NCBI GenBank assembly: GCA_964618755.1
Contig: CAZUCB010000003.1
Span: 1-43,845, forward strand
DNA length: 43,845 nt
DNA from: an uncultured Bacteroides sp.
GTDB lineage: Bacteria; Bacteroidota; Bacteroidia; Bacteroidales; JACABE01
Direction of reading: 5' to 3'
Positions 10,542 to 19,365 of this stretch are shown here, piece after piece; position 1 is the stretch's first letter; every line of letters starts with the position of its first letter. The position numbers were made by a program, and so were the translations under genes. Below the pieces are notes generated by a model. That model saw only the letters and a list, made by a program, of their open reading frames with translations. It was not told the origin of the DNA and made no database searches.

Positions 10542-13500
10542 TTATTTTGTTATGATTAATTTTTGTGTTAGAACTTGATTGTTGGTTTTTAAACTTATAA
10601 AATAGATACCTCTGCTTAATAATGAAGCATTTAATCCAATAGAATGATTTCCAGCAGCCTTATATTCATTACCATTACTATAAACCATTTGCCCGTTAGC
10701 ACTAAATATTTTTAAACTAACATCAGTATTTGTTTGTAGTTTGTATGAAATATTTATTATGTCATTTGCAGGATTTGGGGAAATGGATAATTGAGCAGTG
10801 TTTTCTGTTGAAAGGTCTTCAATGTTAACGCCAATATTTGTATGTATAGCAGGTAAAGCAATAAAATCAACCCATGCACAATCGCTTCCAGAAATCGAAT
10901 AATTATCTTTCTCGTAAGTCCATGACAATATGTGTGTACCTGTCGTAATAGGGTAGCTAACTTTTTCCCATGATTTTATGCCTGACCATTTCTCAATAGT
11001 ATTACCATCGATAGAAAAAATTAAAAAATCATATCCAGATTCAGATGAAACTTTCCTATAAAAAGAAACGCTATCATTTCCTAAAACGTCAAGTGTAATT
11101 GAAAAAGCAGAAGATTGACTATCTCCAATGGAAGCTGATTTTGCACAATAACTACCTTCATAAGCTCCAGCATTTACTATAGTCCAAGCATTTAAAGATG
11201 CAGTATCCCAAGCATATTTTGTAAAGTTGGCTGTTTCAAAATCTTCTATCATTAAACCAATCATGCTATTGAAAGTTTCCTGTGCTATATAAGGATTGGC
11301 ATTTACACTCATAGTAAGACCAAAATTAGCTCCATTAAGAGCAGATGAGTTTGCTGTTACAGAATAAACTACATCTATGGTAGCTCCTTTTGCTAAAGAT
11401 GGTAAATTCACATTAGGATTTGAGATGTTAATAAAATTATTGGCTGAAGTAAGGTTGATAATAGCATTATTTGCATTGCTATGACCAGCATTTTGAACTT
11501 TAAATCGAATATTTGCTGTTTCATTTGGGTCAAGCCTACCATTATTATTTCCTGTTGCGTTATCTTCGATACTCATACTTACAATATTCAGAACAGGTGC
11601 ATTTAAAGCTATATTAATTAAGTAATTCCAAGTATTGCTTGACGCATCTGTTATTTTAAGCGTAAAACTTGCCACGTTTTGATCGGGAATTATATTTGCA
11701 ACCTTAAAAGTAAAAGCATTATTAATATTTTTTGTATTTCCCGCAGTAATAATTCCATAAGTTTCGGTACTATCTAAAATTGTAATATATTGATTATTTG
11801 AGGATAGTACTGCATTAACATTGTTATCATCTGCGATACCAATATTTTTTAAGTTTATATTTAGTTTTATAGTTTCACCATAATCTGCTAAAGAATTATT
11901 ATTTCCAGAAATGTCAGTTATTTGATAATTATTTAGTGAAATATAAGGACCGGTAGGAGAAGCTGCAGGAATTGAAGTTATTATAGGCTGACGGTTTTGT
12001 TTGGTAATTACAATGTCAACGGTTCCAGCTGATATAAAAGGTACAATATTTACAACAGCTACGCCCAAAGAGTCTGCTAAAGCAGCACCATGTAAAACGC
12101 CTCCCATTGAAATACCAACATAAGCATAAGCTTCAGTATTTACAGTAAAAGTGTTATTCCCCAATGGAAGTAAAGGCATATAAGTAGCCGTAAGTACTTG
12201 AGGTATTTTAAAATAGGGCATCAATGAAGGATCGCCCATTAAATGGTAAATTTCCCAATAGTAATGAGCCTGTGATGTAGAAGCACCCTGTGTTACAGCT
12301 AAATTTCCAGCATTAACCATTTGTCCTTGGCTCACATACCATTGCGAGAATGGTTCCCCGTTGGTATGCATAATTCTATCTAAAGCACCTAAGCCTGTTG
12401 TAGCATAGGTAGGATTTGCTACCACGGTTCCAACACCACATGCCCACCAGTAATCTTCATCCCAAGTAGAATTATCAGATGCACCAATATATCCAATAGC
12501 ACCTTTATTGTTAGCTCTTAACAATGCTTCACCAAAACATTCAGGTTCGTCAAACTTATTGGTTACGCAACAATTGCCAACCATTAATGGATATTTGCTT
12601 TGATTTTTTAAATTAGCTACATCAGAAACACTAAAACTTGGATCAGCCCAACCAGAACTTGCACCGTGTGCTGTATAATTAGCAAAACCCACGCCATCAC
12701 TCACTTTTTGAATAATTTGAGCAGCATTACTTGCTGAAGCAGGATATAAATAACTGGTACAATTGAAGCCATTAGTAGTGTTAAAATATGCGGAAGTAGC
12801 ATAATTTACTTGCCCATTTCCATGTACAGGAGCCCAAGTAGCATCCACACCTGCAACCATTATCACATTATTTAAAAACGATTTATCAGGCATTAAATAT
12901 TGTTCGTATTCTAAGGTTTTACTCAGTTGTGGTTGTAATTGAGTAAGATTGGTGGCCGAAAATCTGCCATAATACATTTCGGGTAAGAAATCACCAGTAT
13001 ATTCACAATAAAATAAATCGGTTTTATGAGTTCCAGAAGTAGTTCCTGAAAAAGAAGGAACTTGAGCAACATCACCAACAAAAAGGACATAAGTTGGAGC
13101 TGGATCACTTGTAGTACCTGCATTGTATAATGATTGAAGATATGATTTTATAGATGTTGTAGTGGTTCCAACTGCTGCATTATTGGTGTAGGCTTCTATT
13201 ACTTTAAATCCTTTTTTAGTTTTCCATTGTATAAATGGCTGTAAAGCTGATTGAAACATTGGATCTGATACGATTACGTATTTTATTGGATATTTCGAAA
13301 GAGCGTCTTTTGAATTAGTATTTGATAAATTGTTTAGCAATTTTGATTGAAAACTATTGAATAAAGGAGAGTAGTATTTTTCTTTCGTAGCTTTCGTAGC
13401 AACTAAATCAGCATTATCAAAACGAATTTCAGTTTCAATATTTGTATATACTTTAATCGTATTTGTTACAGGATTATACTGAATAGGAGAAATGTTGAGT

Positions 13501-14015
13501 CGGGCAATTCTAACACCACGCATAATTCCTAATTGCTCAACATCTACTAATGGCAATGATAATAATTCATTTTTTGAATATTCATTTGTATTATAAATCA
13601 AATCTTTTTTATCAGCATCGCTTTTTGAAACAGGTGGCTGGGTAGGATATAATTTGCCAATATACCCCAACGTATTGAGATTATACGTTTTTACCTGAGC
13701 ATTTTTTATATTTACACTTATTGTAGCTCCAACAGGAACTTCTATAAGATTTCGTAAAACAGGAAGTTGCGGTTTTCCTATTTCATTTCCGGCAGTATAT
13801 CCTGGCAATTCTATGCGTGTAAAGTTACCTTTGTCAGTAATTACGGTAGCAAAATTTAATTCAGATAATGTGTTTTTTACAACAAATCTGGTTTCTGAAT
13901 TTTCTTTCAAAACAAGCGCTGAATTTTCAGCAATTCCAGTTTTAACAATCTGTGCTTGTGTACAGTAAATTGAAACTGAAAAAAGCAAAAAGCTTAAAAA
14001 TCTTAGATTTCTCAT
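10542..14015 (-). CDS. Gingipain-type C25 cysteine peptidase, multidomain, T9SS-secreted (paralogue B)
   Basis: 1157 aa with a signal peptide and a propeptide-like region (FTRIELPGYTAGNEIGKPQLPVL). It has FVGDVAQVPSF, NYTAHGA (His450, codon 12666-12668) and GNCCVTNKF (Cys482/483, codons 12567-12572). The spacing from His450 to Cys483 is again 33. CARDB-like repeats, the shared jelly-roll-like module and a CTD follow. Only 4 nt separate it from paralogue A. Confidence 0.9.
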   Translation of the reverse strand: MRNLRFLSFLLFSVSIYCTQAQIVKTGIAENSALVLKENSETRFVVKNTLSELNFATVITDKGNFTRIELPGYTAGNEIGKPQLPVLRNLIEVPVGATISVNIKNAQVKTYNLNTLGYIGKLYPTQPPVSKSDADKKDLIYNTNEYSKNELLSLPLVDVEQLGIMRGVRIARLNISPIQYNPVTNTIKVYTNIETEIRFDNADLVATKATKEKYYSPLFNSFQSKLLNNLSNTNSKDALSKYPIKYVIVSDPMFQSALQPFIQWKTKKGFKVIEAYTNNAAVGTTTTSIKSYLQSLYNAGTTSDPAPTYVLFVGDVAQVPSFSGTTSGTHKTDLFYCEYTGDFLPEMYYGRFSATNLTQLQPQLSKTLEYEQYLMPDKSFLNNVIMVAGVDATWAPVHGNGQVNYATSAYFNTTNGFNCTSYLYPASASNAAQIIQKVSDGVGFANYTAHGASSGWADPSFSVSDVANLKNQSKYPLMVGNCCVTNKFDEPECFGEALLRANNKGAIGYIGASDNSTWDEDYWWACGVGTVVANPTYATTGLGALDRIMHTNGEPFSQWYVSQGQMVNAGNLAVTQGASTSQAHYYWEIYHLMGDPSLMPYFKIPQVLTATYMPLLPLGNNTFTVNTEAYAYVGISMGGVLHGAALADSLGVAVVNIVPFISAGTVDIVITKQNRQPIITSIPAASPTGPYISLNNYQITDISGNNNSLADYGETIKLNINLKNIGIADDNNVNAVLSSNNQYITILDSTETYGIITAGNTKNINNAFTFKVANIIPDQNVASFTLKITDASSNTWNYLINIALNAPVLNIVSMSIEDNATGNNNGRLDPNETANIRFKVQNAGHSNANNAIINLTSANNFINISNPNVNLPSLAKGATIDVVYSVTANSSALNGANFGLTMSVNANPYIAQETFNSMIGLMIEDFETANFTKYAWDTASLNAWTIVNAGAYEGSYCAKSASIGDSQSSAFSITLDVLGNDSVSFYRKVSSESGYDFLIFSIDGNTIEKWSGIKSWEKVSYPITTGTHILSWTYEKDNYSISGSDCAWVDFIALPAIHTNIGVNIEDLSTENTAQLSISPNPANDIINISYKLQTNTDVSLKIFSANGQMVYSNGNEYKAAGNHSIGLNASLLSRGIYFISLKTNNQVLTQKLIITK
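10545..10790 (-). other. T9SS C-terminal sorting domain of paralogue B
   Basis: The last 82 aa read LSISPNPANDIINISY...SANGQMVY...GIYFISLKT...QKLIITK. Confidence 0.75.
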
Positions 14016-14092
14016 TTAATATATATTTATTTAAAAAACAAAATTTGATAATTGGCTGTTTTCTAAAAAGTTAAGAATTAAAGTTAAACGTA

Positions 14093-14100
14093 CAAAAGTA
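14093..14100 (-). promoter_or_regulatory. Candidate -7 box (TACTTTTG) for the C25 operon
   Basis: Matches TAnnTTTG, 78 nt upstream of the ATG at 14015. Confidence 0.3.
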
Positions 14101-14247
14101 CAATTTATTTCATGTAATGCCATGTTAAACGTAAGTTAATGCGTTTTGATTAAGTATAATATAGACCATTTTAAATACACTTTTGTTGTATCTATAATAA
14201 ATTTCGATAAATTTATTAATATTGCATTCTTAAATTCTATTTCAAAA

Positions 14248-15030
14248 ATGAAATTAAAAGTATTAGTATTAATTGTTTTTCAGTTTGTTAACGTTTTTGT
14301 TATTGCTCAGGATATGAGTATTGATGGGATTTACAGTGGAAAGAATTTATTTGTTCTGAATCCGAGTGTTGGTGATGGTTTTTGTGTAACTGAAGTTAGG
14401 ATAAATGGCAAAAAAACCCACGATGAGGTAAATTCAAATAGCTTTGAAATTGATTTTGCACTCATGAATATTGAAAAAGGAATGAATGTTCATGTGCAGA
14501 TTTTCCATAAAACTAATTGTAAACCAAGCATTATTAATCCGGATATACTTCAGAAAAAACCAAACTTTAGCATTATTAATGCAAAAGTAAATCGTAAAGG
14601 ATTTTTAACTTGGGAGGTTCAATCTAATTTCCTCGAAGGTTTATTTACAGTGGAACAATTTCGTTGGCAAAAGTGGGTAAAAGCAGGTGAGGTGAAAACA
14701 GAAGATACTGTTAGTTTTGAAAATTATGCATTAGAAGTGAGTCCAAATACTGCTCAAAATATTTTCAGGATAAAATTTACAGATAAACAAGGTAATGAAA
14801 CTATTTCAAAAGAAATAAAATACACACTTCCTGGTAAGGAGATAATGATTGTAAATGAAAAAGTAAAAAACCGTATTGTTTTTACATCGGTTACTATGTA
14901 TGAAATTATTGACGAAACTGGGAATTTTATAGCAAACGGGAATGATAAATATATTGATACTTCGACACTTCCAAAAGGAAAATATTTTATCAATTACGAT
15001 AATAAAACAGAAACGTTTTCTAAGAAATAG
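14248..15030 (+). CDS. Small secreted hypothetical protein with a CTD-like C-terminal tail
   Basis: I moved the start from the track's TTG at 14146 to the ATG at 14248, which gives MKLKVLVLIVFQFVNVFVIAQ (signal peptide). The protein is 260 aa with no recognisable catalytic motif. The tail YEIIDETGNFIANG...LPKGKYFINYDNKTETFSKK loosely resembles a T9SS CTD. Confidence 0.6.
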   Translation: MKLKVLVLIVFQFVNVFVIAQDMSIDGIYSGKNLFVLNPSVGDGFCVTEVRINGKKTHDEVNSNSFEIDFALMNIEKGMNVHVQIFHKTNCKPSIINPDILQKKPNFSIINAKVNRKGFLTWEVQSNFLEGLFTVEQFRWQKWVKAGEVKTEDTVSFENYALEVSPNTAQNIFRIKFTDKQGNETISKEIKYTLPGKEIMIVNEKVKNRIVFTSVTMYEIIDETGNFIANGNDKYIDTSTLPKGKYFINYDNKTETFSKK

Positions 15031-15128
15031 TATTTTTATAAAAAGCAAAAATAAAAGAAAAAGCTATTCAAAATAGTATGATATATATGGATTTCCTATA
15101 AATAGAAAAAGTTATAATTCAAACAATC

Positions 15129-17087
15129 CTATTGCAAAGCTTTCCTTGCTTTTAATATATACTTAGCGGTATCCAATGGACTTATTCCTTTAAATGCTCT
15201 TATTACGCCTTGTTCGTCGGTACATTCGCGGTAACTATGAAATTGGGTGGAAATTTTTGCTTTACCGCCCGAACGGGAGCTTAACTTTACAGGAAAATCA
15301 ATCGATGTGGCTAAAGGCAAAATACCACAGAGGGTAAATTTCCCATTTCCCATACTCGGGCTTTCAAAACTACCCCGCATTTGTGTAATATCACTGGTAA
15401 TAGCACCCAATAAATCATCTGTTGCTGAAATTTTAAAAGAAATTAATGGCTCAAGCAGTGTAGTTCCACTATTTACCAAGCCATCCATAATTCCCATAGG
15501 CGTTGCCACCACAAAATCGCCCGAATGCGTATGCATTTCATGGTCTTCGCCTTCCATCAAAGTAATTTTAATATCTGTAACTTCCCAGCCTTTAATACCT
15601 TGTTGTAATGCCACTGGAATAGTTCTTTCAACTTCGTTCTGGTATTTTTGCAATACATCGTTTACGCCGATTTTGCATTCGTAATTCACACCACTGCCTC
15701 TTTCGCCGGGTTCAATTTTGAATTTTAGAATTGCCCAGCAGGGTTTAGGCATCCAGTATCTTACAAAACCTTCTGCAATCATTGAAGGTGTTTCTTTATA
15801 AATTACAATAGGATTTTCAAATTTGGCTTTTATTTGAAAGCGATCTTCTATAATGCGCTCTAAAACTTCAATTTGTATCCATCCCATTATTTTTACATGT
15901 AATTCTTTTTCATCTTTTAACCATTGAAAATCGAGAGAAGGATCTTCGGTACATAATTCCTGTAGAGCTGAGGCTAAGGCTGCATAATCTTTATCGTTCA
16001 ATGCTTTGAGTTGAACTGTCAACAAAGGTGTTCGAAGATTTATTGTTGGCAAAATACCATCTGAAACTTCACCTAAAATATCACCTATTTTGGCTTCGCT
16101 GAATCCACAAACGCCCAACACATCGCCAGCACTAGCATTGGCAACATCTTCATATTTGCCATTATTAATTTTTCTGATTCGTGTAATTTTTTCTTGTATA
16201 TTCTGACTATAATTGTTTATCACTTCTCTATTTGAAATACTCCCTTCAAAAATTCTCAGGTGTGCAATTTTCCCAATATTTTTATCATATTCAATACGAT
16301 AAACCAATGCAGATAGTGCTTTGTTTTCATCAGCTTTCGGAGGTGGGAGATAAAGCTTTATAGCCGCCAATAATTCCTCAATACCAATTTGGTTTTTGGC
16401 AGAACCCATCAAAACAGGATATAATTCGCATTTTTGAACTGCTTTTACCAAGTATTGATTTGCTTCTTCATACATAATGCTTTCGCCATTAATATACTTG
16501 TCTGTTAAAACATCGTTGGTTGAAGCAATGGTTTCAATATAATTCTCATTTATAGTAGATGAATCCCAGCAAGAAAGAATATCAACTCCATTACTACCTT
16601 CATTTAAAGTTTGTTGCAGTTGAATTGTGTTTTGAGTTAATTCTTTTTGTATTTCGTTGATTACATTTTCGGTATTGGCTCCAATTCTATCAATTTTATT
16701 GATAAAAATCAATGTTGGAATTTTGTTGGCTTTTAGTGCCGACCACAAGGTTTCTGTATGAGCCTGAATACCTTCCACTGCCGAAACAACTAGAATTGCT
16801 CCATCTATTACCCTAAGAATACGCTCTACATCTGCTGAAAAATCAACATGCCCCGGAGTATCTATTAAATTAATTTGTATATCATCCCAAACAAAAGAAG
16901 TATTGGCTGAACGTACTGAAATTCCTCTTTCTTTTTCAACATTCAGGAAATCAGTTTGTGTAGTGCCACTGTCCACACTTCCTAATTTTTTAGTGGCACC
17001 GCTTGCAAATAAAAAATGTTCAGTAAGGGTAGTTTTTCCAGCATCGGCATGTGCTAATATTCCTATATTCCGGATGTTTTTTGCCAT
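15129..17087 (-). CDS. Translation-factor GTPase of the ribosomal-protection (Tet(M)/Tet(Q)-like) / EF-G-like type
   Basis: 652 aa. G motifs are AHADAGKTT, DTPGH and NKID. GSVDSGTTQTDFLNVEKERGIS closely parallels the Tet(M) N-terminus as I recall it (GSVDKGTTRTD...ERQRGIT). The length matches ribosomal protection proteins (about 640-657 aa) rather than EF-G (about 700 aa). Confidence 0.85.
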   Translation of the reverse strand: MAKNIRNIGILAHADAGKTTLTEHFLFASGATKKLGSVDSGTTQTDFLNVEKERGISVRSANTSFVWDDIQINLIDTPGHVDFSADVERILRVIDGAILVVSAVEGIQAHTETLWSALKANKIPTLIFINKIDRIGANTENVINEIQKELTQNTIQLQQTLNEGSNGVDILSCWDSSTINENYIETIASTNDVLTDKYINGESIMYEEANQYLVKAVQKCELYPVLMGSAKNQIGIEELLAAIKLYLPPPKADENKALSALVYRIEYDKNIGKIAHLRIFEGSISNREVINNYSQNIQEKITRIRKINNGKYEDVANASAGDVLGVCGFSEAKIGDILGEVSDGILPTINLRTPLLTVQLKALNDKDYAALASALQELCTEDPSLDFQWLKDEKELHVKIMGWIQIEVLERIIEDRFQIKAKFENPIVIYKETPSMIAEGFVRYWMPKPCWAILKFKIEPGERGSGVNYECKIGVNDVLQKYQNEVERTIPVALQQGIKGWEVTDIKITLMEGEDHEMHTHSGDFVVATPMGIMDGLVNSGTTLLEPLISFKISATDDLLGAITSDITQMRGSFESPSMGNGKFTLCGILPLATSIDFPVKLSSRSGGKAKISTQFHSYRECTDEQGVIRAFKGISPLDTAKYILKARKALQ

Positions 17088-17111
17088 GAATTTTCTTTTT
17101 AGTTGTAGTCT

Positions 17112-18059
17112 TTATGAACAGAATTTATCAATAATTTTATCAGCCAGAATTTCAGCTAATTTGTATTTAGATTCTTCTGTCCAGCCTGCTACATGAGGCG
17201 ACAATAAAATGTTATCAGCACTTATTAGGTATTGGAAAGACTTTGGTATTTGATCTGTTGTTGTTTCCTCAAAAGAAAACTTTTCATATTCCAATACATC
17301 CAAACAACAACCTTTTATTTTACCCGATTTTAATGATTTCACCAAGTCATCGGTCTTAACTACTTGTCCTCTTGAGGTGTTAATCAGGTAAAAATTCTTT
17401 TTAAAACGGTTAATAAATGCTTCGTTAAGCATATAATTTGTTTCATCTGTTAATGGAACATGGAAACTTAAAATATCGGAATCGAAAAAAATATTTTCTA
17501 ACGAAACTTCGGTAACATATTCGTTTCCAAATCCTGATTTGTATTTATCATACGCAATTACATTGGCTTCAAAGCCTTTTAAGCGTTGAGCAAAAGCACT
17601 TCCCATATTTCCATAACCAATAATTCCAATGGTTTTCCCTTTAATTTCAACACCTCTATTTCCTTCTCTATCGCGAACACCCTTTCGCATTTGCAAGTCA
17701 GCAATATTTAATTTATTAAATAAACACAGCAACATTCCAAGTGCATGTTCACCAACCGCATCTCTATTGCCTTCTGGTGAGTTAAAACATAGAATGTTTT
17801 TAGTTTCTGCATATTTTACATCTATACTTTCCATACCCGCACCAACTCTGCCAATAAATCTTAATTTTACAGCTTTGTCAATGATTTCCTTATTCATCTG
17901 AATTTTACTTCGGATAATAACCCCAAAATATGTTGGTATGATTTTTTCGTAATCATTAATTGTATAATCCGGGAAATAATCGCATTGAAAACCAGCCAAG
18001 TTTAGTTTATCTATAAGCAAAGGATGAGTGTTGTCGATAAATAGAATTTTTCTTTTCAT
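17112..18059 (-). CDS. D-isomer-specific 2-hydroxyacid dehydrogenase (phosphoglycerate dehydrogenase-like), NAD-binding
   Basis: 315 aa. It has the Rossmann motif GIIGYGNMGSAFAQRL. Arg/Glu/His catalytic contexts are present (NTSRGQVV, DVLEYE, SPHVAGWT). It ends 24 nt upstream of the GTPase gene. Confidence 0.85.
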   Translation of the reverse strand: MKRKILFIDNTHPLLIDKLNLAGFQCDYFPDYTINDYEKIIPTYFGVIIRSKIQMNKEIIDKAVKLRFIGRVGAGMESIDVKYAETKNILCFNSPEGNRDAVGEHALGMLLCLFNKLNIADLQMRKGVRDREGNRGVEIKGKTIGIIGYGNMGSAFAQRLKGFEANVIAYDKYKSGFGNEYVTEVSLENIFFDSDILSFHVPLTDETNYMLNEAFINRFKKNFYLINTSRGQVVKTDDLVKSLKSGKIKGCCLDVLEYEKFSFEETTTDQIPKSFQYLISADNILLSPHVAGWTEESKYKLAEILADKIIDKFCS

Positions 18060-18075
18060 TGTTTTGCTGAAACTT

Positions 18076-19242
18076 TTATTTAATCAAATTATTGTTTCTT
18101 CGAATAATATCTTTTGTCATATTTTTCAACACATTTCCAGCCTGCATTATCATATCTGCGTTAGGAGGAAAAGGCATTTGAGATGATTGAAGTTTGGATG
18201 ATGTTTGTGGTGAGAGGGCGTTCAAATCGCCTGAAGCTGTGGTAAAAGCATTTTTGAAAAACCATTCTGCTCTTATTGGATCTGTTTTTATAATCTGACG
18301 TGTGTTATTATTGAAAAAATCAAGTGATCCTGCAATAATTATCGCTTTAGATTGTTGTACTTCAGAAATATTACATGAAATAGTTTTGAACTTTGGAATT
18401 TTAATATCATTTCCCAATGAATCTTTCATTACATTTCCCTTATTATCTAATTTATACTTCCATCCGTCGGAAACTTGTTTTGATTCAGTAAAATGATTTT
18501 GATTTAAATTTTCGGGAGAAATGTCGATAAGCTTGATATTTACAATAATATAATAATCATAAAAAAATTTTTCTAACGGATGCGAATCATAAATAGTCCA
18601 TTTCTGATTTAAATCAGTAAGGCTTGTTCTACTTAATTCATCTTCAAAAGCAATGGGAAGAATAGATTGAGAATTGTTTTCAATTTTAAAAAGAACATAA
18701 GTTGTCCCTTTATTGTAAGCTATTTTTATCAAATCATCCACATCTTTATAATTTGGGAAATAAGACTTTACCTTCTGCAATTCATCATAAGCAGTTCGGG
18801 CACTGTATTTATCGCCTTTATCAAGTAATGTTTTTGCATGAACATAAAAATATTCAGCTGCTTTATTTTTTGCATTTGTTATTTCATTGCTATAGTTGAC
18901 ATATTGATAACCTATATAATTTAAATTAATGGTTTGCGCCAATCTAGCGACTTTCTCTTGTCGCTTTTGTAAGGCATCGTAACAACTATAAATTTGGCCC
19001 CAGATATCAGGTTGACCTGTTAATTTAAGTTGTTCTATTTTTTCTATATCTCCCTGATTGGCTAATTTGTATGCCTGAGAAAGAACTTTTATTTCATCAT
19101 CCTGACTCGGATCTTTCAATAATTCTTTTACTGATTTATCAATTGCTTTATCATAATTACCTTTTTGCAGGTTTTTGATTGAAGATGAACTACATCCAAC
19201 CACAACGAAAATGATGATAATGGCATATATGAAGCTTTTCAT
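18076..19242 (-). CDS. Hypothetical lipoprotein
   Basis: 388 aa with a signal peptide and lipobox (FVVVGC). The N-terminal half looks helical and TPR-like; no known motif was recognised. It ends 16 nt upstream of the dehydrogenase gene. Confidence 0.7.
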   Translation of the reverse strand: MKSFIYAIIIIFVVVGCSSSSIKNLQKGNYDKAIDKSVKELLKDPSQDDEIKVLSQAYKLANQGDIEKIEQLKLTGQPDIWGQIYSCYDALQKRQEKVARLAQTINLNYIGYQYVNYSNEITNAKNKAAEYFYVHAKTLLDKGDKYSARTAYDELQKVKSYFPNYKDVDDLIKIAYNKGTTYVLFKIENNSQSILPIAFEDELSRTSLTDLNQKWTIYDSHPLEKFFYDYYIIVNIKLIDISPENLNQNHFTESKQVSDGWKYKLDNKGNVMKDSLGNDIKIPKFKTISCNISEVQQSKAIIIAGSLDFFNNNTRQIIKTDPIRAEWFFKNAFTTASGDLNALSPQTSSKLQSSQMPFPPNADMIMQAGNVLKNMTKDIIRRNNNLIK

Positions 19243-19271
19243 AATATTAAAACTTAGAATAAATAATGTCC

Positions 19272-19279
19272 CAAAATTA
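19272..19279 (-). promoter_or_regulatory. Candidate -7 box (TAATTTTG) for the lipoprotein-dehydrogenase-GTPase operon
   Basis: Matches TAnnTTTG, 30 nt upstream of the ATG at 19242. Confidence 0.35.
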
Positions 19280-19330
19280 AGTTATTTAAAAGAATAAACA
19301 AGATTTTTATATTTTAAAAATAATAAAAGC

Positions 19331-19338
19331 GTACTTTT
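19331..19338 (+). promoter_or_regulatory. Candidate -7 box (TACTTTTG) for the RND/MMPL transporter gene
   Basis: Matches TAnnTTTG, 28 nt upstream of the ATG at 19366. It is arranged divergently with the box at 19272-19279. Confidence 0.35.
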
Positions 19339-19365
19339 GACACTACTAAAAAATATGTTAATAAT

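Noticed and set aside
10542-14015. The 1157-aa C25-family protein could be the T9SS sortase PorU (Porphyromonas PorU is of almost identical length).
   Set aside because: The catalytic His/Cys sit at about residues 450/483, directly after a gingipain-type propeptide. This is the cargo-gingipain layout, whereas the PorU catalytic Cys lies much further along, as I recall. No porV-like beta-barrel gene is adjacent. A near-identical-architecture paralogue lies next door. I therefore call it a cargo protease, not PorU.
6872-15030. The C25 protease region as a horizontally acquired island.
   Set aside because: I saw no flanking direct repeats, tRNA, integrase or transposase. Base composition looks the same as the surrounding DNA by eye. 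The flanking genes are ordinary housekeeping genes. I cannot compute composition statistics here.
15129-17087. Calling this gene a bona fide tetracycline-resistance determinant (tet ribosomal protection).
   Set aside because: Only the overall length and the N-terminal signature fit. The loop I align to the drug-displacing YSPVS loop is not conserved. There is no mobile-element context. I kept it as an RPP-like GTPase of unknown function.
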